The position numbers and the translations under genes were made by a program. Positions 51,640 through 64,000 of a stretch of 64,000 nt of DNA are shown here, in pieces (position 1 is the first letter of the stretch; every line of letters starts with the position of its first letter). Origin of the DNA: Tubiluchus corallicola (taxonomy: Eukaryota > Animalia > Priapulida); NCBI GenBank assembly GCA_030141605.1, contig JAQGDQ010000148.1, positions 310,001 through 374,000 of the forward strand. The letters run 5' to 3'. Below the pieces are notes generated by a model. The model searched no databases. It was given only the letters and a program-made list of their open reading frames with translations, and was not told the DNA's origin.

Positions 51640-52582
51640 TAATGTAGGGCGCCGAGTAACCCACTAGCCGAAGTAGGACACTTCCGGTAAAAAGCATGTG
51701 CTAAATTTGCGGAAAACCAGTGTCGTACATAGGCTGCCCAAGTAGGGCACTGGCGATTCTTCACGAGAATCGAACATTATGGTGACATCGTAAAACATAA
51801 AATTAAATTTGCTTTAGGGAAAAAGTAACTTTATAGTCCTTGATAATTTACAAAATTAATGTATTTTTTACCAAAGTATCATCAGTATTATTAGCTCCAT
51901 TAAAATCATTATAACACTATACTAAGTATCTAATGCTTTGAAGAGAGTAACTACGCACACAGTTATTACAGAAATAATTACAATTTTAAAAATGAGACAG
52001 ATGCTGCTAAGCCTTCACAACACAAAATAGTAATTCCTAACATTTAGGAAAAGCAAAGACAATTAGTTTTAATAATATCAATAGTATTGTAACATGTAGG
52101 GCACATAGATCGCTACAACGTTTGCTTATGAGAAAACAGTTATTTGTCCAAGAGGTTTTGAAATGGATCACCTGTCTGTGAAGCGAGACAAAATAAAAAA
52201 TGATAAAAGATATACGTTAAACAATGTTGAAATCGCTAAAAAGTGCGTTTATTTCACTTCAACAACATTAATATCGAAACCAAATTTAATTTTGTCCGTT
52301 CTAGCAGCTCAGAATAAAATTCTTTTGTTTTATCATATATATAATAAATTATTCAATGTGTATTGACATTTTTAATTACTATTATTACATAAACAAGGAC
52401 AACGGATGGTGCCAGTACACTTAACGACTTAATTCGCGACCTGTCTCTAGTGTCCTACTTGGGCACCCCATGTACGACACATCCTACATGGGCTAGCCCA
52501 AGTACGACGTGTCCTACTTGGGCTAGCCCATGTACGCCAATTGTCCTACTTTGGCTACTGGGTTACTCGGTGCCCAACACTA
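51640..52582. mobile_element. Non-autonomous TIR DNA transposon (~940 bp) with subterminal repeats
   Basis: Inverted termini tagggcgccgagtaacccactagccgaagtaggaca / tgtcctactttggctactgggttactcggtgcccaa; ~4 tandem gtcctacttgggctagcccatgtacg units at the right end, related inverted units at the left; no clear TSD. Confidence 0.8.
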
Positions 52583-53164
52583 ATAATGAGTAAAAAATTT
52601 ACGTTTGCCAACACATTTTATGTCATTTCTCACTCGGTGGGTTTTCTGACTTTCATTATAAGAGTAAGTTGAAATCGATCTGTCATATCTCAATGCACAA
52701 TTACAAAATAGTTGCTTTTTTAGTATTACACACAATAACTTTGGAATTAATTGTTCAATTGTTTAACAATTTCTAGATGATTTTTAGTGAGGCAGTGTAT
52801 AGACTTGCTACTCGCAAACAAAAATTAAATATGCAAATCATTCATTACGACATCTATCTGCCAAGATAGGTATATTTTAGTTGAATTTTTGTCCTCAGTA
52901 ATTAGCAGAAATAGCGCCACTCTTTGTGTTTTCACTCATGATAACGCATTCCATGTCATTTAACTGTTATGGTGCCATACATCAATCCTGTCAAGTTACC
53001 CCATATAATTTTAGCTTTTGCACATGAAGGCTGCTTAGTATACCCGGCGTTACATTTTACTTAATCAGGCAAGCTTGTTTTTGTTAATGTTGTGCATGAT
53101 CCACAGATATCTTGCAGAACGTGAGTTTGTTTATTTATTTATTTCACTTAATGATACATGTTTG

Positions 53165-53341
53165 TAGGGATGCTCCAGATCTGGATATCCTACAATTTTA
53201 ATGGATCCAGATCCGGCAGAAATTTTTGTTGGGTTTTGCACTGTTTGTGTTTCTACATAAACAAAAGGTTAAACAAATGAAATATCATTTACATTAATTT
53301 GTAGATCCAGAACCAGCAAAAGTGGATCCCGTGCAGCCCTA
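53165..53341. mobile_element. Short hAT-like MITE
   Basis: Termini tagggatgc / gcagcccta with internal ggatcc/gatccag repeats. Confidence 0.5.
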
Positions 53342-53485
53342 TACATTTGTAATGTTATAAGGATTATTGAGTTGCGGATGTCAGCTAAGGATTACTACTG
53401 TTAAAAGGTGTTCCAAATTTAAATCATTCCATTGACTGATTACATTGCATAATTAAAAAGCTACTATATTTGGTTTTAGCCAAAG

Positions 53486-56400
53486 ATGACTGCTGGGGCT
53501 GTTTCTGTGCCAACGGTTGTGCCTCTTCGCCCACCTGCAGGGAAGAATAAACTTTGCATTGATACTGACACATTCATTGAACTGAAGTCAGGTAACTGAA
53601 AGCTAATATGTTCAAGTATTTAAAGGAAATTTCTCTCATAGGTGAGCTGCCAGATGAAATGACCATAAATGTTCATGAATAATTAAACAGATAAGTAAAA
53701 TTACCATGCATGTTGTGAAACACTGATATTTCGCTAACTGTTTAATATGAAGAGTGTGATATTTGTTTTAGGTTTTCAACACTAATCATTTTTAATGTCA
53801 TTAATTGCAATAATGCTATTTGTGTTAAATGCAGATCCTATTGTTTCCTATTTGGTAAGTGGTAGCAATATTGTTTGTTTTAGATCCAGACACTGATATT
53901 TTCTACACCGTGAATGGCAGTAAGCCAAACCCTTATGAAGGGGTGGGAGAATTCAAATGCACACAAAAGTACGCTGAACCATTCACGTTGAAGCCAGGGA
54001 AAATAATCTTGAAGGCTTTAGCTGTTTCAAAGTATACCTTTTACCTTGTTTTTTTTTAATGCAGTGTAACTACAACTGCCAGTTTAGATATTAATTTTTG
54101 CACAATTTTAAGTATTTTCCTGTCATTTGAAGTGCTAGGCCAATGTTTGACTGCTTGACTGCTCTGCCACCTGTTCACTAAGTTCACACCACCATCACTC
54201 CTATTGTGAAGTTCTACAAATTATTATTTGTGTTTTTTTTAAATAATGGTATGAGCACCATTTTTGTTTCCATGTTGCTGCTGATGTCAATGTGACATGC
54301 ACAGCAACAACATCCACTGGCATATATGTTGACAAATTTTCATTTAAATGTAAGTAGCATCAACCTCAATAACATTTTTAGATAGCAAATTTTCATCATG
54401 TAAGCAATTGAGTGGTTAATAACTGGATATTATATGAAATAAAAAATAAGTACAGTATCAAGCAGCACTTTGCCCATCTAAGAATGTCATCAAGAAAATT
54501 GAAATTATCATTTGAAAACTCAGTTGAAGATCTCAATAGTAACTTCTCCCATTGAGTGCTTAAGGTTGCAGCTTCAGCTCAAGGTTGGGGACAAAAGTGT
54601 CACAATACCGAAACAAAAATGTCACCGTGTTGCTATTATTAATCAAATGGTGCTTCATAAAACGTGATATCTATACATATACAAATTTTCATCTTGTAAA
54701 ATCTGTGTGTTTGTCTTTCTATCCTTTATCCATGCCAATGTGGTGCAGCGTACCCCCAAATGTAGTATATCATAAGAAGCTGCACGGTCCCGAGAAGTTT
54801 TAAGCTGCTGTGTCACTTTAGGTCGCCACCCCACCCCCAATATGATGGCCATATGGCGTCTAAAATAGTTTTTTTTAGAACATTCGATTACGTATACAGT
54901 CATCTGTAGTGCTGAACAAAACCAGCACAGGCAAGGTTTTAGGCTCAGTTTAGGTCACTGCCTCTCAGCCCTCAATATGGCAGCCAAAATAGCACTTTTA
55001 GGACATTCTGCTATATTATATAATCATCTGTGGTTTACCATAACCAGTATATGACTACGTTTGTTAAAAACGCATCTGTGGGTAGCAAATTTTGCACCCC
55101 TTGCAATAACTACTTGACTTGTCTATGTGTTATATATTACAATGAACTCGTTAAATATGCTCGTAATGAGCAAAATATTCTTTTGTAGTTTATTCTTCTA
55201 GGGAATCGTTCTGCAGCAATGAACTTCTGCATCCCACAAATATGCATACCATTTTCATTTGATAGATCATATCAAACGAGCCCTGGCGAAGCTGGGTATT
55301 TTAACTAGTATACTAATAACTGTTTGGATGGTGCAGTAGTTTTTTTTACTACATTTACGATTTGTTTTAAGCATTTATTACTACAACTCTAATGGAACAA
55401 ACAGAGGGTAGTATTTCTTCCAAGAACAATTTATCCACAGTTAAATTTATTATATTTAACTTAATTTGCTCGGTAATTCTGTATTATTATATATAGATTT
55501 AGGCAATACGATTGCCATCACTTAATTCTTCGAGTTTTAACTGATATTTCACAAAAGAAATATTTTGCAACATGCTGTTGGTAACAAGCTAATTTAAGTG
55601 TTCTTCTTTTTAATATTTTTAGGTTATTCACAAATGTACTACATACTGCTTCGATTTCACAGTTTAGATTTGCTACTTTCTGTAGGGACAAAATGCGAGA
55701 GAGTTCGGTCGTCACTAAAGCGTTTCATGTGGAATGTACAGCTAACTACAAAGAGCCACTACGCTCGCAAAGTGATTATAGTATGAATTCTACCGGTAGT
55801 AAGTTCTCTTCTCAGCACAAGACAAGAAATAAGGGCATCTGTTGGTCGACAGTGGACAGAATTATGGCCGGTAGGTGTGAAGTTATTACACCTTTAACAT
55901 GTCTTAACACACTGGATGTGCATTATCAGCTTGCAAATGTTTAGACCTACCTTTATTATTTACTACGTGCATGTTTAGCATGTTTGAGTATAGGCCTTAT
56001 TTGCCTACATTTATTGAGTGTGTTAATATATGTGACGTATGTATGGTAGCCCATAGTGGGACAAGACATGTTTCATTTGAAATGTGTGGTACCTATTTGT
56101 GTATGTTTCTTTTATGTTTACAATATGTTATACCTAGTCATACTTTTACATCATGTGTATTACAGAATAAATTAGCGAACGTTTTTCGTTCGTCGAAAAC
56201 TGATAGGATGCTACTGCTGTGACAGCAGATGCTTTAAGTGACAGCTTTTGTTTCATATTTACGTATAAAATGTTTTTCAAAATAATTAACAGTACGTAAA
56301 TGAGTAAGGTTGTGCTTGACATTAAAATAGCACCAAAAGCAAAATATGGTTGAGCATCAAAACATAAGTTAGACTTTGCTGATAATCATATTATATTGAA

Positions 56401-59400
56401 AAACTGATGAAAAAAATTGTACTAACAAACATATTTAGTTTTATCAGTGATGTCACTGGTATGTCAGTACATTTAATAATGCCATGCCTATGCAGCAAAG
56501 CACAGACAAAATGCTATATGGTGTCAAAATTTTTCTTGTTGAATTTACACAAATTACACCAGGCTGCATGCCACAGATGGTCCATAATAATATTGGAGCC
56601 CTCAAGTAGGAGGCAGTCAATTTACTTATAACCTCTAGTTGATTAAAAACTACAGTCTAGTCTGTCCTATATTGTTCCATTGCGTTATGTGAACAATAGG
56701 GTGGCGAGCCATTCTGCGACCATTTGCCTCGTTTATCAACTGCTATAGTGTTGACACACAATCTTTGGTTATGCGCAGTGCACAAGAACCCAGTTTCATG
56801 AATAAATTTGTGCTATTTAGCTTGAAATTAATTGGTCGATACTTCAGGTGTCTTTCGTTTAGGTACCTTCAGAAAAAATTACACCTTGTAGCCCTGCTCT
56901 TTCTCTTTCTGAGGAACTGTAAAACTTCCTTAAATATTCACATGGTGTGCCGGAAGAAATTTTTCTCGTTGGTGCTTCACAAAAATTTCAAGACTGAAAT
57001 CAAACTTTCTTATCGTTAACCAGTGTATTTGAGGTCCAGGTTCAACCAAACATGGCGAAACTGATACCATTTGATTCGTTTCATTCCAAGACCTTTCATT
57101 TGATGTGCTACAAGCCACTGTTGCTTGCCACTGGTGGCCCTACCCCTCCCCAAATTCTCTTGTAACCCCATATGGAAAAATTTTCCAATAGGCAAATGGC
57201 CCACATTCAGCCATGCACATAATCTAGACCCAACCTAGCCGCATACCAAAAATTGTGCCCCTAGCTCAAAAACTGTCGGGCGATCGAGACCAAGCCTACC
57301 GAAAAAAACAACAAGCCCAGTCCACGTGTACTCAATCCGTGACCTTCACCCAGGATCACGATTCACACATTAGCATAAATCCCCCTACCTGGACAGCACC
57401 CGTGGCCTGTGAGTTTTGTACACTAACGAGTGTGTGCGAGTTATTAAAGAAACAAAAAGGGGAAGACTAATGAAAGTAAAATCTTACTTTAACTTTACCC
57501 ATGTGTTACTGTATACTGAAGCCCCTGTGCAGTCGAAACTTTTGCTACATATTGTCTGTTTATTTGTGCATTCGACCTTGCCTCCCCTTTTTTATAGGTG
57601 AAACGTTTGCCATTTATGTGGAAACCTGCAGTTTCAAATTAAATGTCAATAGACGTGGATTTGTTCTAAGAACCTGACTTTGAGAATTCTTCAAAAAAAG
57701 TATCCTTCCAAGGAATTGTCAAAATTTTAAGCAAGGGGTGTTCAATAGTTGAATGATAAACATCCTTCTAGAATGATGGGATGTTAGTACAGTAGCAACT
57801 CAAGTAAAACTGAGAAATTATGATCTTAATTTCTTGGGTCTTTTTGCAGATTTAAACATGGCAAGTGACGAAATGACTAACCATTCTGCTAAACCTGGAA
57901 TGAATCGATTCTTGCAGCGTCGCTTTGGCTCATTGGCACATGGAGATCATGCAGGACAACTCAATAGCACATTTCCTAGCAGAGTTGGTGGCAATTATTC
58001 TGCTTCAAAGACAAAACCATTCAGAATGCCCGAGGATTCTGTGCAAGCAATGAAACTGCAGAGAGAAACCGATTTCTTAAAGTAAGTTTTTTTGCTCTGT
58101 CGGACCCAAACGGGAATAGATGAAATAAGTTTCTGGTTATGGTTCATTATTGATTGTAATTACTCATACTTTTGCGTTCACTTCTGTATATTCCAAAAGT
58201 AGTTGTCTGTAACATGAGGAAAGGTTCTGCGACACATTTGAGTACAGCACAAAAGTGTATTTAACTCTGATACCTTTCCCTAGTCAATTTCTAGTCATAT
58301 CACTCTACATTGTATTGTGAAAAATATTAATGTCAGAATTTAGTATCAATAAAGAATAAACATTTACCAATTTTTTGTGGGCACATTGGAACCGAGTTCT
58401 GTCTTGCATGGCTAGATGGATCTTGGCTATGCTTTCATCAAAAGTACCTGAGTAAACGCAATATGTTTCCACTGTAACTACTTAAACCGGAAGCCTACAA
58501 AATTAAAAATTGCGTTTTAACCCTTTCACTACGTAGTTGCTTTTTAACTGGGCCGTATTGTGTTTTGCACATTTGATAATAACTTCTTGTGGTGTGTTAT
58601 TAAAACAGAATCTTGTAAATAAAGAAATAGTTGCCTGTTATTAATAACTAATGAATTAGTTATTTATAACTAATTATATATTGAATATTACTTTTATTTG
58701 AACACATGCGCACACATAAGTGCATGCGTGCAGACACACACACAATCACGCACATGCAAACCTTCACAAGTAAGCACATACTTATATTTAGAAACCAATT
58801 TTCATAGACGTTCCTTGCCCGAAATTTCCGAAACACGTTCCTTGCCCGAAACACATAGGTGGCAGTGTGCCTCCTTCCGTAGTGAAAGGATTAAAATGCT
58901 AAACAAGTTTGATTTGCCTGTGCTATTTCTTATGGACAATAGTATTCAGTTTCTGCATTAAAAATGTTCTACTTACAGGTGTGTCCACTGTATGGCTTCA
59001 CGTCCAGCTGACCCATATGCTAAGTTCTGCAGTGAATGCGGAGCTCCTGTATCTGCCATTCCAACTGCTAGGCTGCCTCCCCCTGATCCTGGACAGGTAT
59101 GTATCTTGTAAATCATATGATAGTGAAAACTAGCAAGGCACTGCAAAGCCTTTGCAGTTGAAATCGCATGGACCTATTATAAATAATAAATAAATCATCG
59201 TCATCGGCTCAGCATTGTCATCATTCATTTTCATCACCTTCAACGATAATACAATAATAACACTAATAATAAAAATAAAAACAGCAATCGGATCAGCAAA
59301 ACAAACAACAGCAATAACAACAATAGCATCAACATAACAACAACATCGGTGCATTAATGGTGCAAATCTATTGTTAAAAACAAATTTGAAAGCAAAAGCC

Positions 59401-62400
59401 CTTCAAAATAATTTTGTATAACGTTGAAATTAAATTTAAATCACTCGGTGTTGTGCAAATATTACAAGTAGTGTCTTATTTACTCACTTTACACACTGTG
59501 CGATGGTGTCAGTTTAAAATATCGTAAGAGCAGGTGATGATGATACTTGGAACACCCTGATAATTCCTGAATGGCAAACACAATGCACCCTCCAAACAAC
59601 ATGTAACACTGAGGTACTAAAAGAACTTTGAATTAGGCCTTGCATTTCCATTTTCCAATAGACCATCTATGCTTATGCTTTTGTAGAATGCATCTTCATA
59701 TTTCATGTCATGAACTTCTAATTTTTTTAGAAATCGGACATGCATGAAACTCCCAAAAATGCCCAAAACTATTTAGTTAACATAAATTCATCTACATTTT
59801 ACCATACATTAATAAGAAAGTCATGACTAGATCATCTTTATCATGTTTAACTTTGCAGATTGGTATGTGTGTTTACTGTAACTCGATGGTCCCATTCAAC
59901 ACTAATACATGCATTATTTGTGAGGCACCATTGGCACCTCAACAACAGCCTCAGGCTAGCATACGACTTAGGGTGGGTTTTTAATTTTGCCTTTCTGTCT
60001 GCACAGCTATGTACGTGTGTGCCGTGCACTTAATATACAATGTAATATTGCTGTTTATGCTTGCTGTGTCAAATAATTTTAACTAGGGACTATAAGATGG
60101 TCATGTTTGCTTAAATGTATTGTTTTACTATCTCATTAATGCATTTATAGTCATGAAATGCCAGCCATAAAATAAGCACAGCTGAATTTATTTTCTGTTA
60201 TTTTGTCTAACTGATTACAAAAAAGGTTTTCTCCATTACTTGCTTAGTCTAAATTTTAGATCTACAGTCTAAAAACATCATAAGTTTCTTTTTTGGTTTA
60301 CGTAGCCTAAAATTCTGTTAGTTTTTTAACGTTTCACGTTAACTCATTCTTACTTAACTACATAAATGGTTAACAAAGTATTGTTGTTATTATTGATCAG
60401 GTGTGTATGTTTTTCTGGTCTGCAATCTATTCGCCTTAAGTAGATCATCAGCAAATACTAACTATCTCTAGCAAATTAGTTATAACAATTCTATTTTTCT
60501 CTATAGCTTAGAAAAATCAATTCTCTACTTGTGATTTGTTGCAGGACAAATTAGTATGTCAAATTTGTAACACCCCGAATCCACCAAATTTCAAGTGTTG
60601 TATTATATGTGAGGGCAATTTATCTACAGCCCGAATGGAGGTAATTGTTTTACTTGTTATCAGAGTCGTAAATTTTAAACAATTTTTACAAAACTGTCTG
60701 ATATTGTCATTATGTTTTGACTATATACAATAGTTGGGCAAAAGTATATATATATTTCTAAAATATAAATATTTGAATAGAATGGAAGGTAAGGAAAACT
60801 TTGTCCAAAATATGGACACAAAGATTTATTGCATGTTAGGTACTGATGCCATCACCTTAGCAAACATCTTAGTTATAGTTCTTAGTAAACTTGCTCTGCC
60901 TAAAAGTCTAAAAGTTGTAAAGTGTTTCTGGGTAAAAAGATAAAATACTAATTTAAATTTAATTTACACTCTAGCGGCATAGTGAACTAGCCTTTATTTG
61001 CTACAGATTCTGGGTGCACCACACTTTAAACTTTAAAAAAATTCAATGTAAGGACTGCTTAAAGTTTATTTTTTGCATCATAAATTTATATCTTGGCTAT
61101 AATTGTTAACAATGGTTGATGTCTGAAAGCCTGGAGACTAGGATAATAAGGATTTTATTATACCTGCTAAAATTAACCATTTAACTCTGTATGCTGATCT
61201 CAAAGGAGTGGCCACACAGTCTTACTGAATCAAATTATTTGCTAGAAACCTGTGTTCAAAGACTGTTAACATTAGAACGAGTGAGAGGCCTTTATTTTAA
61301 TTTTAAAATATGGAGTTTTAGTACCGTAATAGCATTAGTGTAAGTCTGTATCATTGTAAACATTTAAATGAATTTTCTCATATTTTTCATGCAGAGGATG
61401 CCCATTGCGAGTCCAGCCATATCAGCTTTGAAACCCGATAGCAGTTTACGAAATTGTTCTTCTTGTGGACGATTAAACAGCGCCGATTCACGTTTTTGTG
61501 ACTGGTGTGGCAGTAAGGTAGTCTAATTGCTTTTTCTTTTCAAATGATCTTTGTAAGTATGAAATCGCATTTTGTTCTGAAATCGACGGTCATTGTTGTG
61601 GTTCCATATGGCGATGTATTTGGGGCTGTTTGTTTCAATTGTAGTGTGTAGTGCATGCAACATGGTGGAAGAAATCTTCAGTGCTGAAGCGCAAATATTC
61701 TTTTTTGAACATTTTAGTTACTAGATGGTTTAGTTAACTCCTCATTTTTAATCCTGTTGTTACAAATACATGATGTTATACTAATTTTTTTAGAATTAGC
61801 TTGTTTGCTTATTTTGATGCTTTGTGTTAATTGTAACTGCTATTTTAGTTATCTGTTTCGGCAAGCATGACCCTGTCTTGTGGTAAATGTGGCGCTGTGA
61901 ATGAGTTGCATGCTAAGTATTGTCACAGATGTGGCACTGTGTTAGAAGCTCCGACTCGTGGTGATCCTGCTTTACCAGCTCATGAGGTAAGTGTTCGTTC
62001 ACTAAAGCAGTTTTTTTTGGTATTTTAGAAACTAAATGTTTTGTGAGCTCATGTATATTTTTTGTAATCTTGCAAATATGATAATTTACAATGTGTCACT
62101 ATTGTCTGCTAAATTGTGTAGTGTTATTGCTGCCTTTTGCCAAATTTGTTTAAGAAGTTTAGTGTATTAAGATTACATTAATGTCGTGTTAGTTAGTGAT
62201 GTAGACAAGTCTTAACTGCTTGAATCCCAACTTATGTTTTGTATTACGGGTAGTCGTGTTCTCATGGTACTAGTCTGAAACTAATGGAAGTTAATTTTGT
62301 GAATTTCTTTCCAAATTATGAAATTCAGGTAGAATAAATTCCTTTTTTTGAAACACCTTGTGCTAAAGAAAGGTTTTCCATTAATCGATTAACTTGTGAA

Positions 62401-62987
62401 AGCTAACAAGACAACACACTTGTAGTATAACGAGCAGCAAGTTTCGCTGTTAAAACATAGTGAGAAAATTATCGATAGCCATGCTTTTCTGTTGTCGCAA
62501 ACAGATGGCAACTGCTTATGCAGAATTTTCCAATGTAAATGCTCTTGTGATTTTGTCACAAAACCAAAAATTCAAATATTTCTTGAACTAGGCATTCTAG
62601 TTGTATTGGTATGAATTTGTAACAGCAGGGTTTCAAAGTATAAAAGTTTATTTTTAACTGACATAAATTCATGGCCAAGAACTCAATGACTGTTTGAAGT
62701 TCATGCATTTAGTAGCTTTTCTTCAAGCGAATGTATTTCACACATTCGTGTGTTTCAGATTACACAGACTTCACCTCATCGTTCTGTTTCTTGGACCCCA
62801 TCAACTGTGATGACACAAACGTCACCAGTCAAGACAAAGTCTTCAGTTTCTACACAAACCGTAGGTTTATTTTATCCTTCACAGACAGGAATGACAAAAC
62901 AACAGCGTGAAATGGAAGCCAGGCTAGCACTGAAGAAAGAAATGAAGGATAGGAAACCACCTTTGACAGCTGTCAGTCCAGGAAGAG
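53486..62987 (+). CDS. DZANK1: Double zinc ribbon and ankyrin repeat protein 1, 5' exons (gene continues beyond the window)
   Basis: Exons 53486-53591, 53884-54031, 55686-(55780 or a later donor), 57850-58081, 58979-59096, 59859-59972, 60545-60640, 61395-61517, 61849-61986, 62759-62987. MTAGAVSVPTVVPLR, IFYTVNGSKP, KALAVS..RESSVVTKAFHV, LQRETDFLKC..C..DPYAKFCSECG, repeated CxxC ribbons, RFCDWCG, STQTVGLFYPS, RKPPLTAVSPGRG. Confidence 0.92.
54670..55308 (+). mobile_element. Non-autonomous Helitron
   Basis: 5' a|TCtatacatata..., 3' hairpin ccctggcgaagctggg followed by ...aaCTAG|t; inserted between A and T without TSD; internal imperfect tandem duplication (aatatg..aaaatag..acattc..catctgt). 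Confidence 0.75.
58521..58890. mobile_element. piggyBac-like MITE (370 bp)
   Basis: TTAA|ccctttcactacg ... cgtagtgaaagga|TTAA (13-bp TIR, one mismatch); internal direct repeat acgttccttgcccgaaa twice. Confidence 0.85.
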
Positions 62988-64000
62988 GTTTGTATATTAT
63001 ATTAATACGAGTCTACATCCGGTCCTGCCGAACAGATTGCATCTGGATTTAGTCCAACTCTGGTAAAAGGTATCCGATAGAGTTGGTTACCTTCAAGATT
63101 GGCTGAAGCTTGAAAAATTTCATTCAAGTTATTGGTAAATGAAGGCTTGATTTGTTATTTTACAAATATATTTAATCCAAAAGACAAGAGAACTAGTCTG
63201 ATGCTTAAATTTTGCCCAAATAAATGTTATACTCTTATTATTGCATGTTTCTGCATAGTTGTAGTGCTTAGCTGAAGAAAAGCCGAGAACGGGTTAAAAT
63301 ATGTGATCATTATCATGCAAAATTACATGATGATATTTACAATGAGCTGATTAAGTAGATTAGTCACATCAGTACAACAATAGTTTTTGGCCAATTATAT
63401 GTTAACAATAAATGACCTAGCTATGTTTTGGTAAGATAAAATTACTATGTAATATGACAAATATATCTCAGTAATATTAGTATATATTAGTAACTACATT
63501 ATAAATTAAATGTTTACAGTACCATGTAATATAATGGTAGACCTTACCTAATTAAGTGGACCACACGGCATTCTTAATAAAAGGCGTCCAAGATTTGACA
63601 TGGCTCTGGGCAAGCTACTGTATACTAACTAATACAGGTTGTAAATGTTTTTTATAGACTTCAAAAGAAGCATATTAGAAGTAGAATATATAGTTCGTTT
63701 TGTTGGGTAATTAGGCAAATTGCCAAGTAATACTACCTACAGACTTATTCATGTGGAAAGGTTGCATGTTTATTAATGAACCTGTTTGCTGGGGCAGATC
63801 CAATCAACTAGGGTAAGCAATAAGAGTAAACATTGAGCCATACTGGCACGTTTCTCAGTAATTGGTAATTGTAATTAGACAATTTTATAAATGAATATAA
63901 ATTACAGGTTTTTCATTTTTTGCCAAAAAATTTAAAACAGAACTTGAGTCACAAACACATTTTTACATCCATAATGGGTTGTCTACCACTTGCTTGTTTT

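Noticed and set aside
52440-52560. Regularly spaced ~30-bp repeats resembling a CRISPR array
   Set aside because: No unique spacers, eukaryotic context, and they are subterminal repeats of a TIR transposon.
59190-59354. Hydrophobic minus-strand ORF 59130-59354 (and the similar one at 8247-8484)
   Set aside because: Low-complexity (CAA/TAA/CAT)-type degenerate microsatellites in introns.

Overview
AT-rich animal (invertebrate-like) genomic DNA with spliceosomal introns; most entries in the supplied ORF track are spurious or exon fragments. Six protein-coding genes can be reconstructed by hand: GAK/auxilin (minus strand, uninterrupted for at least 1958 bp and running off the left edge), MIS12 (6 coding exons), ERCC8/CSA (single coding exon), a C9orf72 homologue (8 coding exons, ~150-aa N-terminal extension, probable GC-AG intron), a divergent Sox-like HMG-box gene (12 exons) and the 5' part of DZANK1. 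The most striking accessory structure is a near full-length but inactivated non-LTR retrotransposon (~19530-25110, minus strand). Its ORF1 carries three TIS11-type CCCH zinc fingers and is joined to an AUG-less APE-RT ORF2 through an HIV-type U_UUU_UUA heptamer in the -1 frame. Its 3' end has been hit twice, in opposite orientations, by the same ~745-bp Mutator-like MITE (each copy with its own 9-bp TSD), creating a ~1.7-kb inverted repeat. Older LINE fragments and non-autonomous hAT-, piggyBac-, Tc1/mariner- and Helitron-like elements lie in introns and intergenic DNA. All homology calls are by recognition of motifs; no database search was run.
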